Assembly (NCBI GenBank): GCA_963819985.1
Contig: CAWFYH010000004.1
Span: 397,422 to 461,421 of the forward strand
DNA length: 64,000 nucleotides
Direction of reading: 5' to 3'
Origin: an uncultured Actinomycetota bacterium
GTDB taxonomy: Bacteria > Actinomycetota > Actinomycetes > DATJPE01
This document shows positions 8,755-17,194 of this stretch, one piece after another. Both the position numbers and the translations under genes were made by a program. The notes under the pieces were generated by a model. It was not told where the DNA came from, made no database searches, and saw nothing but the letters and a program-made list of their open reading frames with translations. Every line of letters starts with the position of its first letter. Position 1 is the stretch's first letter.

Positions 8755-9548
8755 GGTCGACCTCCGAGACGAAGTGCGCGCCGCTCCCACAGCAGGCCGA
8801 CGAAAAATCCGATCAGCGCCCCGAGGCCGGCACCCGACATCAAGATCACGTCGATCGTCCCGCGACGGACGTCCGGAGTGCTTGCCGAGGCGACGACCGT
8901 GCCGGCCTGCGGCATCCGCACCTGGTACGCCTGAGCCCTCTCCAGTCGGGTCTCCAGGGCGGCCTGCCCGCGGGAAACGGTCACCCCTTCGACGTCGGAG
9001 CTGCCGATGAGGGTGTCCTCGTTGCTGTTCTGGGTCTCGATCGAGGCCTTCTCGACCCCACTCAGATAGGTCCGGACGGGATTGATGATGACCTGCTCAC
9101 GCTGATCCAAGAGGGCCTCTGCGGCCGCCGTCGCGCCATCACGGGCTGAATCGGCGGACGCCGAAGTGGTGTAGGTGATCTCCAGAATCCGCGACAGCGG
9201 CCGGGCTCGTACGGCTATCCGATCGCGCACTCGATCCGAGGCGAGCCCGGTCTCTCCCGCAACCGCGTCCACGACCTGATCGGAGCCAGCCAACCCGGCG
9301 TCGGTGTCGATCGTGACGTCATCGAGTGTTGGGCCGACCGGGTTGAGGTCGACGAGCGGGGCCACGGCCGACAGCTCCAGGGAAACCGTTGAGGAGTACT
9401 CGACCGGCCGGCTCAGGTACCACGCACCGGCGGCGGCGGTTCCGAGGACGGCTCCGACCAAGACGCCCACGACGGCACGCCGTCCGGCGCGCATGATCGG
9501 GTCGCGATCACCGACGATCGTCGGAAAGCTCAGCATCGGCTTACCCAC
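8751..9548 (-). CDS. Wzz-like polysaccharide co-polymerase / chain-length protein
   Basis: TM helix, YSSTVSLEL, SRILEITYT, C-terminal TM GAGLGALIGFFVGL. Start uncertain (9548 or 9536). Confidence 0.6.
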   Translation of the reverse strand: MGKPMLSFPTIVGDRDPIMRAGRRAVVGVLVGAVLGTAAAGAWYLSRPVEYSSTVSLELSAVAPLVDLNPVGPTLDDVTIDTDAGLAGSDQVVDAVAGETGLASDRVRDRIAVRARPLSRILEITYTTSASADSARDGATAAAEALLDQREQVIINPVRTYLSGVEKASIETQNSNEDTLIGSSDVEGVTVSRGQAALETRLERAQAYQVRMPQAGTVVASASTPDVRRGTIDVILMSGAGLGALIGFFVGLLWERRALRLGGRP

Positions 9549-9599
9549 ATCTGACTCGGACGTGCTTCTCGGCCGTAGGGTTCCCGAGGGGTCTGGCGC

Positions 9600-10826
9600 T
9601 CACTGCCCACCTCGAGCACCTCCTGCGGCCACTGCAGCGGCTAGACCTTGAAGCCGCCGAACCCGGCTCTGCAGAGCTCTCGGAAGCTGGTCGGCCGCCA
9701 GATGGGCGTAGCGGTACAAGATCTCGATCACGTAGAGCAGGATCGTCGCGTCGACGACTTCCGGCGTTGACCACCATCGCGTGGGCGCGGCCAGCATGCC
9801 CTCCCGAACCCGACCGAGAAACACCTGCGTCGATGCCCCGTTGCTCGCGTCGTTCTTGCTCAGTTCACGCTGCACCACGAAGTGGACGAGATCGAAGCCC
9901 AGCGGCACCCCAGAAGCCGACTGCTCCCAGTCCCAGAGCTCGAGGCGTCCGTCGAGGCGACCCATGTTCCACGGCGCCCAGTCGCCGTGCCACCGTCCGA
10001 AACCGAGCACGGCGGCTCCAAACTGCGTCTCGACGCTCGTGATGAGATCCCGAGTCGGAGCGGCCGGCGATCGGGGGAGTCCCTGAATCCGTCGACGAAG
10101 ACCCGCCCAGTAGCTGCTTTCGGCGACCGACTCATGCCTGGTTTCGGCGGACTCCGCCAGCTCCACCATCTCGACCATCGGGACGGTCCACGACGACGCA
10201 GCCGATGCCGACGTGTGGCGGGCCTGAGCCGACCCCATAGGCGTCAGAAGCAGGACCTGCAAGCCGTTCCACTCGCCTGCGAACACGACTTCCGGGACGT
10301 CGATCAACGAAAGCGCAGCCAAACTCGGATCCATCAGTGCCTGAGTCTCAGCACGAACCAGCGAGCCGGCTCGTTCGTCATGGCCGACCTTGCCGAACGC
10401 GAGGGTCTCCCCGGACGAGCCGAAGACCTGCAGCACTGGTTTGGCGTTGGCTCGTGGCGGACCCAGGATGACGCCGATCGCTTCCGCTCCGGTCACGTGC
10501 TCTCGGACCAGGTCTTCCAGGCTCGGGCTCGCGGCGATGTCCAACCGGGCCACGGGCAGCCATGAGATCAATCCCGTACGGACCGCAGCGGCGATCAGCT
10601 CCTGTGCGAGTGTCTGCCGCCGGCTGCGACTCCGTCGTCGCAGCATGACCGAGGCTCCGCCGATCCCGGTGGGGACGAGCAGGCGCGGCGATCGAGCCGA
10701 CGGGAGGACGAGGAGGGCCGGACCGCCCCCCGGCCGCCTGGTCCAGCGTCGGCCACCGCCGGGCCAAAAATCCTTGACCGAATCGAGGACGGCCGGGCGG
10801 TCGACGCGCACAGCTACCCCTTCCAT
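9600..10826 (-). CDS. APH/choline-kinase-like phosphotransferase
   Basis: AFGKVG, Brenner-type HGDWAPWN, LWDWE. Start is ATG 10826 or GTG 10811. Confidence 0.65.
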   Translation of the reverse strand: MEGVAVRVDRPAVLDSVKDFWPGGGRRWTRRPGGGPALLVLPSARSPRLLVPTGIGGASVMLRRRSRSRRQTLAQELIAAAVRTGLISWLPVARLDIAASPSLEDLVREHVTGAEAIGVILGPPRANAKPVLQVFGSSGETLAFGKVGHDERAGSLVRAETQALMDPSLAALSLIDVPEVVFAGEWNGLQVLLLTPMGSAQARHTSASAASSWTVPMVEMVELAESAETRHESVAESSYWAGLRRRIQGLPRSPAAPTRDLITSVETQFGAAVLGFGRWHGDWAPWNMGRLDGRLELWDWEQSASGVPLGFDLVHFVVQRELSKNDASNGASTQVFLGRVREGMLAAPTRWWSTPEVVDATILLYVIEILYRYAHLAADQLPRALQSRVRRLQGLAAAVAAGGARGGQ

Positions 10827-12358
10827 GCGAACTCTTCCTGCGAGCCCAGGGCACGCCTCGCCCGTTCGGACAGGTCAGCGGCGTCGGAGAAGATCCGCTC
10901 GCGGTTCATCAGCCCCACAACCAGCATCAGGACGAACAGAGGCGTTTCCAACGAGTCGTAGACGAAGAAGAAGAGCACGGAGGTCGCCAAGGTGATGCAG
11001 CCCAGGATGCTGAAGGGGTCTCGGCGACGTACATGGACGAAGAACTGGAGGGCCAGAAAGCCCAGGAACAATGCGGCGCCCACGAAACCGGTGGTAAAGA
11101 TCAACCGCCACATGAAACCCTGGGTGCCCAGGGGCGGTGCTGCGCACTGACGGCAGTTGGGGTTGTCGCCTCCCGCGATCGACGCGAAACTTCCCTGGAC
11201 TTTCCGCGTCGTGCCGAAACCAAGCAGAGGCGATCCTTGCCAGGTGGTCGTCGTTACGACCTCCGCCACGGTCAGCCGGCGATCATTGCTGTGCGGCGTT
11301 GCCACCCGAAGCGTGATCGTCGCCCACAACGGAGACAGCACCACCAGGACGGCCGCGAGCAGCACGGCCGTGGCAAGAACCCAAAGCTCTGTGTAGCGAC
11401 GCAGTCGGCCCAGCGCCATGGCGGCGACCACGGTGATCAAGCCGATTCCGAGCCAAAGCCCGCGGTTGAGGGAGAAGGCAATCGGGATCGCGGCAAGCGC
11501 CAGCCCCAACGGCACCAGCCACTTGTTCAAGCCCCTCGGATCCAAGACGATCGCCACCGCAGCGGCCGCAACGATCACCACCGGCTTCGGTCCCAGGACG
11601 TAGACGGCGGCGAGGGTCAGGGCCACCGGAAATAGGAATCGCGGCCACGGACGACGGTCTGCCCATGCCGAATACACGAAGAACGGGAGGAGAAGGCCGA
11701 TGTTGTTCCCCCACGCATTGGCGTAGGCAAACGGCGCCTTGGGTCGAGGCTGCTCATATCCCAGGAAGTCGCTGGCCGAAGTCAACGAGGGGTGGACCAA
11801 GGAATTCAAGAAGGAGTTTGTCTCGGCACCTGGAAGAACCAGCTCCATCAGCGACCGGAACTCGAAGTGCGGGGCGACGACACCCGCGAGCCCACCGATC
11901 ACGCAATACATGAACAGCACACCGAGCCACCGAGCCAGGTCCCGCCCGGGCATCTGCTTCGGCGTGATGTTGAGCGGGTAGAGCACGGCGACGGTGATCG
12001 CGAGATACCACAGCACGCGGTAGGCGTAGGGGACGAGTCTTTCGGGGCCACCGCCGTCAATGGTGCCCGGCGCATGCGCCCACAAGACGAAGACACCGGC
12101 CAGCATCCAGAGAAAGAAGAGCAGCCACAGCCCGAAACCGACGGGCAACCGCAGCGTGCGGCGCCGCAGCATCTGGACGGCCATGCAGGCCGCGGCGATG
12201 AGCGTGATGAAGCTCGCCAGCCCGAGGGCCCACCAGATGGGGAAGCCCAGCAACATCGCCTTGAGCGGCCAGGCCGGTCCCAACCGGCGCACGATCCAGC
12301 TGTTGCCGCCCTCCGGCTCGGCCACCGGCTCGAGACGCGAACGTTCCAGCAGAGTCAT
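10814..12358 (-). CDS. wzy: Wzy polymerase / O-antigen ligase family membrane protein
   Basis: Multi-TM; RPKAPFAYANAWG, SLNRGLWLG, PLLGFG. ATGA overlap at 12355-12358. Confidence 0.75.
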   Translation of the reverse strand: MTLLERSRLEPVAEPEGGNSWIVRRLGPAWPLKAMLLGFPIWWALGLASFITLIAAACMAVQMLRRRTLRLPVGFGLWLLFFLWMLAGVFVLWAHAPGTIDGGGPERLVPYAYRVLWYLAITVAVLYPLNITPKQMPGRDLARWLGVLFMYCVIGGLAGVVAPHFEFRSLMELVLPGAETNSFLNSLVHPSLTSASDFLGYEQPRPKAPFAYANAWGNNIGLLLPFFVYSAWADRRPWPRFLFPVALTLAAVYVLGPKPVVIVAAAAVAIVLDPRGLNKWLVPLGLALAAIPIAFSLNRGLWLGIGLITVVAAMALGRLRRYTELWVLATAVLLAAVLVVLSPLWATITLRVATPHSNDRRLTVAEVVTTTTWQGSPLLGFGTTRKVQGSFASIAGGDNPNCRQCAAPPLGTQGFMWRLIFTTGFVGAALFLGFLALQFFVHVRRRDPFSILGCITLATSVLFFFVYDSLETPLFVLMLVVGLMNRERIFSDAADLSERARRALGSQEEFAWKG

Positions 12359-13230
12359 GAGGCCTCTGCGTCCGCGTTTGACCTGCCGACGATGTCCCAG
12401 CCCCACCGCGCGGCAAGGCCGAGGCCGTACCACTCGTCAACGAGTGAGACCTCGTCAGCCAGCTCCACCTGTACGGCCAACCGGTCCTCGTCAGTCATCT
12501 GCGGACGATCGCCACCGAGCGGCACGTACAGCGTGCGTTGCACGAGGCCGGATCGCTTGACTCGACCCACCAGATTGGCGCCGTCCAGCCGCTCCCGGAC
12601 GAGGTCGGCACTGCGGCGAGCCAACCGAGACAGGAACATCGAACGAGCACGGGCAGCAGGCAGTCGAGCGGCGAGGAGCTCATCACTGAGGGGCAACGGA
12701 GCGAGTCCGAGCCACCTGGTCAGCTCGTCGATGAAGCACTGTGGATCGGCAACCAGGTCGTCGAACACTGCCACATGGATAGAGTCGGGCCCGAACTCCT
12801 CGCGGAACCGGGCAAGACCGGTGGCATACCGGCCGTGGTCGAGCAGCTCGGGGCGTCGGGTCAGGGCAGTCTGGAAACTGCCTGGCTGCTGGCCCTGTTT
12901 GAGCATGTAGAGGTAGGACGAGAACGCCCGATCCGCCGGGTCGCGAAGGCTGACCATGCTCCTGACGTGCCCCAACGACTCTGCGATCCGACCAGCGGCC
13001 CGAGCATCGAAGAGATAGTCCTGACACACTTCCCCGACCACGGCGTGCTGCTCGTCGGCCCCCGAGAACTGTTCCAAGTACCACGGCAGCCCACGCTCGT
13101 AGTAGCGGTCGAAGAAATAGAGATCCTTGGCCTCCGGCATGAACACCGAGGGATGGGTCAACAAGACCTCGTGCAACCACGATGAACCGGCCTTGTCAGG
13201 TCCGATGTAGATGAAGTTGGGCTTGGACAC
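12355..13230 (-). CDS. Sulfotransferase (Sulfotransfer_1 / heparan-sulfate ST-like), ST4
   Basis: PNFIYIGPDKAGSSWL..L..HP, KDLYFFDRYYERGLPWY, GEVCQDY, LRDPADRAFSSY. Confidence 0.9.
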   Translation of the reverse strand: MSKPNFIYIGPDKAGSSWLHEVLLTHPSVFMPEAKDLYFFDRYYERGLPWYLEQFSGADEQHAVVGEVCQDYLFDARAAGRIAESLGHVRSMVSLRDPADRAFSSYLYMLKQGQQPGSFQTALTRRPELLDHGRYATGLARFREEFGPDSIHVAVFDDLVADPQCFIDELTRWLGLAPLPLSDELLAARLPAARARSMFLSRLARRSADLVRERLDGANLVGRVKRSGLVQRTLYVPLGGDRPQMTDEDRLAVQVELADEVSLVDEWYGLGLAARWGWDIVGRSNADAEAS

Positions 13231-13270
13231 GTCACCTCCCGGGTGCTCGCAGTTGACATCGACGATGCGG

Positions 13271-14101
13271 CTACCTCAGCTCTAGCCGTTCACTCTCCAA
13301 ACGCTGCCAGATCTCGCTAGTTGACACCTCGACGTGCTCGACCTCGTTTGGATCAAGACGCTCTCGCCAACCGGACGCAACCTCACCGGGGGCGCGGTCG
13401 AAACCGTGCAGCTGACCAATTCTCGGCTGCTCGGGAGCCCCCACTGACGGCTCGTGATCTCCATGGGAACCGGGGACCAGCCCGCAGGCATGCATGACGG
13501 CCCGGACGGCTCGATCACCGCCAAGGGTGAGCTCGGCATGGGAGACCAGGACGGCTGTTGGGACACGGTGCAACCACTCCAGCACGCACTCGTGCAGGAA
13601 GCTCCAGAACTCCACCATCGCCGCGGCGTCGTTGTCGGGTGCGGCCGCATCGAGACCCCGAAGCGTTCTCATCTCCTCGACATCTGCGGTCCACCCCATC
13701 CGGCGATAGCTCGCAAGGACGGCTCCCGGGTGGCGGTAGACGACAACCGGGACAGCGCCGGTGACCTGGGCGATCGTCGGGACCGACAGCAGCGCGAACG
13801 GGTCCTTGATGATGGTGTGTGCCCAAGGCCAGGGGGCTGACGCGCGCGACGCCCCGTACCTGCTGTAAGTCCTCGGTTCGAGCCCCGCATAACACCGTCG
13901 CAGGACCTTGCTCTGGGTGGCAGTAGGACGCTCTAGCCGCGTCCACCCCGACAAGGTGCCGCCCAGAGCGAACTGGCCGGGTCGGGGATTCATCGGCTCA
14001 CGCCCCGGCAGACCGGTCCAGCGAGCTCGCGCCAATTCACGAGCCAGCCAGGTCGTGCCCGACCGGGGCATGCCCGTGACAAGAACCGGGGGAGCCGACA
14101 T
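13271..14101 (-). CDS. Sulfotransferase (Sulfotransfer_3-like), ST5
   Basis: VLVTGMPRSGTTWL, IIKDPFALL, VYRHPGAVLASY. Start is ATG 14101 or GTG 14164. Confidence 0.85.
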   Translation of the reverse strand: MSAPPVLVTGMPRSGTTWLARELARARWTGLPGREPMNPRPGQFALGGTLSGWTRLERPTATQSKVLRRCYAGLEPRTYSRYGASRASAPWPWAHTIIKDPFALLSVPTIAQVTGAVPVVVYRHPGAVLASYRRMGWTADVEEMRTLRGLDAAAPDNDAAAMVEFWSFLHECVLEWLHRVPTAVLVSHAELTLGGDRAVRAVMHACGLVPGSHGDHEPSVGAPEQPRIGQLHGFDRAPGEVASGWRERLDPNEVEHVEVSTSEIWQRLESERLELR

Positions 14102-14165
14102 CAGCTTTCGGGGCACACCGGACGAAGGACTGCGAGGCCCCACCTCGGTCGAGCTCGGCAGCACG

Positions 14166-15104
14166 TCATGAAAGACCACGGCCCACCACCCGCGCCGACC
14201 GAAGAAGGAATCGCGGATCAAAGGCGAAGACGACCTGCACCAGGGCAAGCAAGGCCTGCGGGGCGATCGGCCATCGTGACAATGACCGCCCAGCCCAGGC
14301 CAGGGCCTCGCGCCGGTGTCCAAGGCTGGCCTCGGCGAAGGCGATCTGGCCCATGATCCGGGCGTGCCCGGCCCTCGACCTCGAGATCTCCGGGTGTCGC
14401 TCGAGGACGTACTGGAGAGCGCTGGAGACGACCTCGTTGCGTTCCCGAAACCAGGACTGGCCGTCCTTCTTGATCGTGGCCAGTGGCTCGCGCACCACAC
14501 CGATCGGCCCCAACCGGACCGCGCGCAGCAGCCACTCGTAGTCCTCGGCGTAGCTTTGCGGAAGCTTCTCGTCGTAATCACCCACGGCGTCAAAGACCGA
14601 CCGGCGCATGAGCAGCGTCGACGAATGCAGCTCTTTGCGGCGAGAGCGGAACAGATCGCCCTGGGTGACGACATCCGCCGGCCCCAGCCATTCGACGACT
14701 CGGTCCTCGGCCATCTGCAGTCGGATCCCGGCCCCCACGACCATGAGCGCAGGTTCGCTCAGCAGTCGCTCCATCTGCCGCTCGAGCTTGCCCGGCAGCC
14801 AGGCGTCGTCGTCGTCACAGGACGCAACGAAGTCGGTCGTCACTTCACGGAGTCCGGCGTTTCGGGATGCGGACAGCCCGGTTGCGCCGGTGTTGGCCAT
14901 CACCTGCACCCTTCGGCCAGGGCGCGCCAGAGACTCGAGGCTGAGGTCCGGCGGCTCCTGATCATGGACCACGATGCAGCGCACTGAGCCGGCGTACGTC
15001 TGACCGACCACGCTCTCGACGGCCTTGCGAACCAGCTCGGGACGACCCCGGGTCGGGACCACCACGGTCACTGCTGGAGCGCAGTCGGGCTCAGGGGCGT
15101 CCAC
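14166..15104 (-). CDS. GT2 family glycosyltransferase
   Basis: VTVVVPTRGR, GLSASRNAG, VASCDDDD (DXD), AEDYEW. Confidence 0.9.
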   Translation of the reverse strand: MDAPEPDCAPAVTVVVPTRGRPELVRKAVESVVGQTYAGSVRCIVVHDQEPPDLSLESLARPGRRVQVMANTGATGLSASRNAGLREVTTDFVASCDDDDAWLPGKLERQMERLLSEPALMVVGAGIRLQMAEDRVVEWLGPADVVTQGDLFRSRRKELHSSTLLMRRSVFDAVGDYDEKLPQSYAEDYEWLLRAVRLGPIGVVREPLATIKKDGQSWFRERNEVVSSALQYVLERHPEISRSRAGHARIMGQIAFAEASLGHRREALAWAGRSLSRWPIAPQALLALVQVVFAFDPRFLLRSARVVGRGLS

Positions 15105-16989
15105 GGTCGCCGCTCTTGGCCGTCGACCGTGTCTTGGCCGCACCCCGACCGACCGGCTTGACCGCCTCTGAGGCGTCTAACCCTTGGGAAGGCTGGGCTT
15201 GCGATGCCTGGTCTTGCTGTCCTTCGTCCGAGATCAGCGAGTCCGCAGTCTCCGAGCCAGAGTTCGGGGCCTGCCGGGATTCCATCGTTGACGGCCCGGC
15301 GTGACCACCCACGTCGGAGACGGTCACGATGCCAACCACGTGCTCGGTGACGCCGAGCCAGGTGAGCTGCTCGACCGCATAGACCAGGTCCTGCTGCTGG
15401 CTCAGACCTACCTTCACCACGATCAGCACGGGACCCGCGGTCTGCAGAACACTTTGCGCGAGCGCCCCGTCCAGCGGCACCTGCACCTGGGCCACGGCCG
15501 TCCCGTGGCTGTTGGCCAGCTCCCCCCACAGCTTGCCCAGACGACGACGTTGGGTCGCCGGTGGAATGTCGCTCGAGCCGCTGCCCGGCCCCATGAGGGC
15601 TGCCCCTTGCCGGGACACTGCTGGAACCGCATCTGCGGCGGCGCATTCGCCGCCCAAGACATTGGTCAGTCCGGGTGCGTCAGAGGTGAACCGTCCCGCG
15701 ACGGCCGTTCCACCAGGCTCGGTCAGGACCAGGGCCGCACCGCCGAGCACGTCATTGACAGCATCGCTGATCGCGACGGCTGCTCGGGTCATGAGGCCCG
15801 GGTAGTCGACTCCGACGAGCACCAGCGGACCCCGTCGCTGCGAAGCGGCGGCGACGGAGGTGACCAGTCCCTCGAGCCCAGCATGGTCGCTTCCGCCCAC
15901 AGCACCCGACTCATCCACCTCGACCGAGCCGAGCACGTCCAGCCGAGTTGGCGACAGCGGCTCCGATGGCTCTGGCCGGGCCGGCGGGGCCGGTGGAGGA
16001 ACAGACTCCGTAACCATGCCTACGGTGGCAGCGGCAGCCGGAGCGGCAGCCGGGAGCGACGGCGGATCGGCTCGGAACTCACCGGTTGGAGGTGGTGGGA
16101 TCGAAGGCCGCGGTTCGATCGCCGTGACGGCTTGGGTGGTCGGACGCGACAGGCTCGCCAAGGCGCTCGACCCGCTCGACGCCAGCTCGGCGTCGGCCGA
16201 CCGTCGCTGCATCAAGAGCACGAGGCCGGATCCGACCAGACCCCCGAGAACAACACCGGCCAGCACATCGATCCACAGCACAGGCGACGTGGGGCTTGCG
16301 GGCAACGTGGCCTCGCTGATGATCTGCCCACCCTGCGTGGTCTGGACGTCCAAGGCGACGAGTCGGCTGTTGATGTCGGAGATCTGGGTCTGTGTGATGG
16401 CGATGTTGGCCTGCGCTCGCGCGAGATCTGACTCCCGGCCCGACGCCTTCGCGGCGGCTAGGTCATCGGTGTATCCGTTGAGTTCTTCCGTGAGGCTGGC
16501 AAGTTGCCTGTCCAGGCCCGCCTTGGCGGCGTCCCGAATTTCTGCGGCGGCCTTCGACCGGCGGTCGAGGTAGGCCGTGGCGAGAGCCTGGGCACCGTCA
16601 CGAGCCAGCTCAGGTGTCTTGGCGTCGAAGGAGATCACCAGCACCTCACTGTTCGGGGAGGTGGTCACCGCCGAGTTGTCGATCAGCTGCTGACCGGTGA
16701 CAACGCCCCCGAGCGCAGTGGCAGCGTCGGCCGCGACCTGAGCCGAGTGCGCGACCTCGGCCTCGGTCTGGATCTGTACCTCGGTGGTGCGCCCCCCGTC
16801 GGTCGAGGAGTCCAGCCCACCTGCCGTCGGGAGCACGAGGACCGACGCTTCGGACTCGTACACCGGAGTCTGCAGCGCATAGAACGCGAAGCCGGCGCCC
16901 CCCCCGATCAACGCACACACCACGACCAGAGCTACCTGCGCCGCACCCCATGGGCGACGACCCTCGTCTTGACTCGTCGCAGTCAACAC
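15091..16989 (-). CDS. Wzc-like co-polymerase with a degenerate (pseudo)BY-kinase domain
   Basis: Wzz N-terminus (YESEASVLV, SEVLVISF), second TM, Pro/Ala linker, then a kinase-fold remnant (PGLTNVL, VLIVVKVG, VVGIV) lacking GK[ST], DxD and the Tyr cluster. GAGGA RBS before GTG 16989. Confidence 0.72.
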   Translation of the reverse strand: MLTATSQDEGRRPWGAAQVALVVVCALIGGGAGFAFYALQTPVYESEASVLVLPTAGGLDSSTDGGRTTEVQIQTEAEVAHSAQVAADAATALGGVVTGQQLIDNSAVTTSPNSEVLVISFDAKTPELARDGAQALATAYLDRRSKAAAEIRDAAKAGLDRQLASLTEELNGYTDDLAAAKASGRESDLARAQANIAITQTQISDINSRLVALDVQTTQGGQIISEATLPASPTSPVLWIDVLAGVVLGGLVGSGLVLLMQRRSADAELASSGSSALASLSRPTTQAVTAIEPRPSIPPPPTGEFRADPPSLPAAAPAAAATVGMVTESVPPPAPPARPEPSEPLSPTRLDVLGSVEVDESGAVGGSDHAGLEGLVTSVAAASQRRGPLVLVGVDYPGLMTRAAVAISDAVNDVLGGAALVLTEPGGTAVAGRFTSDAPGLTNVLGGECAAADAVPAVSRQGAALMGPGSGSSDIPPATQRRRLGKLWGELANSHGTAVAQVQVPLDGALAQSVLQTAGPVLIVVKVGLSQQQDLVYAVEQLTWLGVTEHVVGIVTVSDVGGHAGPSTMESRQAPNSGSETADSLISDEGQQDQASQAQPSQGLDASEAVKPVGRGAAKTRSTAKSGDRGRP

Positions 16990-17040
16990 CCGATCCTCAC
17001 TACGAAGTCCCACCGTCGGAATCAACTGCCTTGCGGATCG

Positions 17041-17112
17041 ATCCGATCCGGCGCAGCCCACGTCGCCACCAGTGTCGCGCCGATCACTTGAAGTTACATC
17101 ATCCGATCCGGC
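17041..17112. repeat. 12-bp direct repeat ATCCGATCCGGC, 60-bp period
   Basis: Copies at 17041-17052 and 17101-17112, upstream of the wzc-like gene. Confidence 0.8.
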
Positions 17113-17194
17113 AACAACTGATGCGCCGAACGGCCGTGGGCCGTCCGGCGCATCAGCGCACGCCTATGATCGCGCCCGGACTTGGCGCGCCAGA

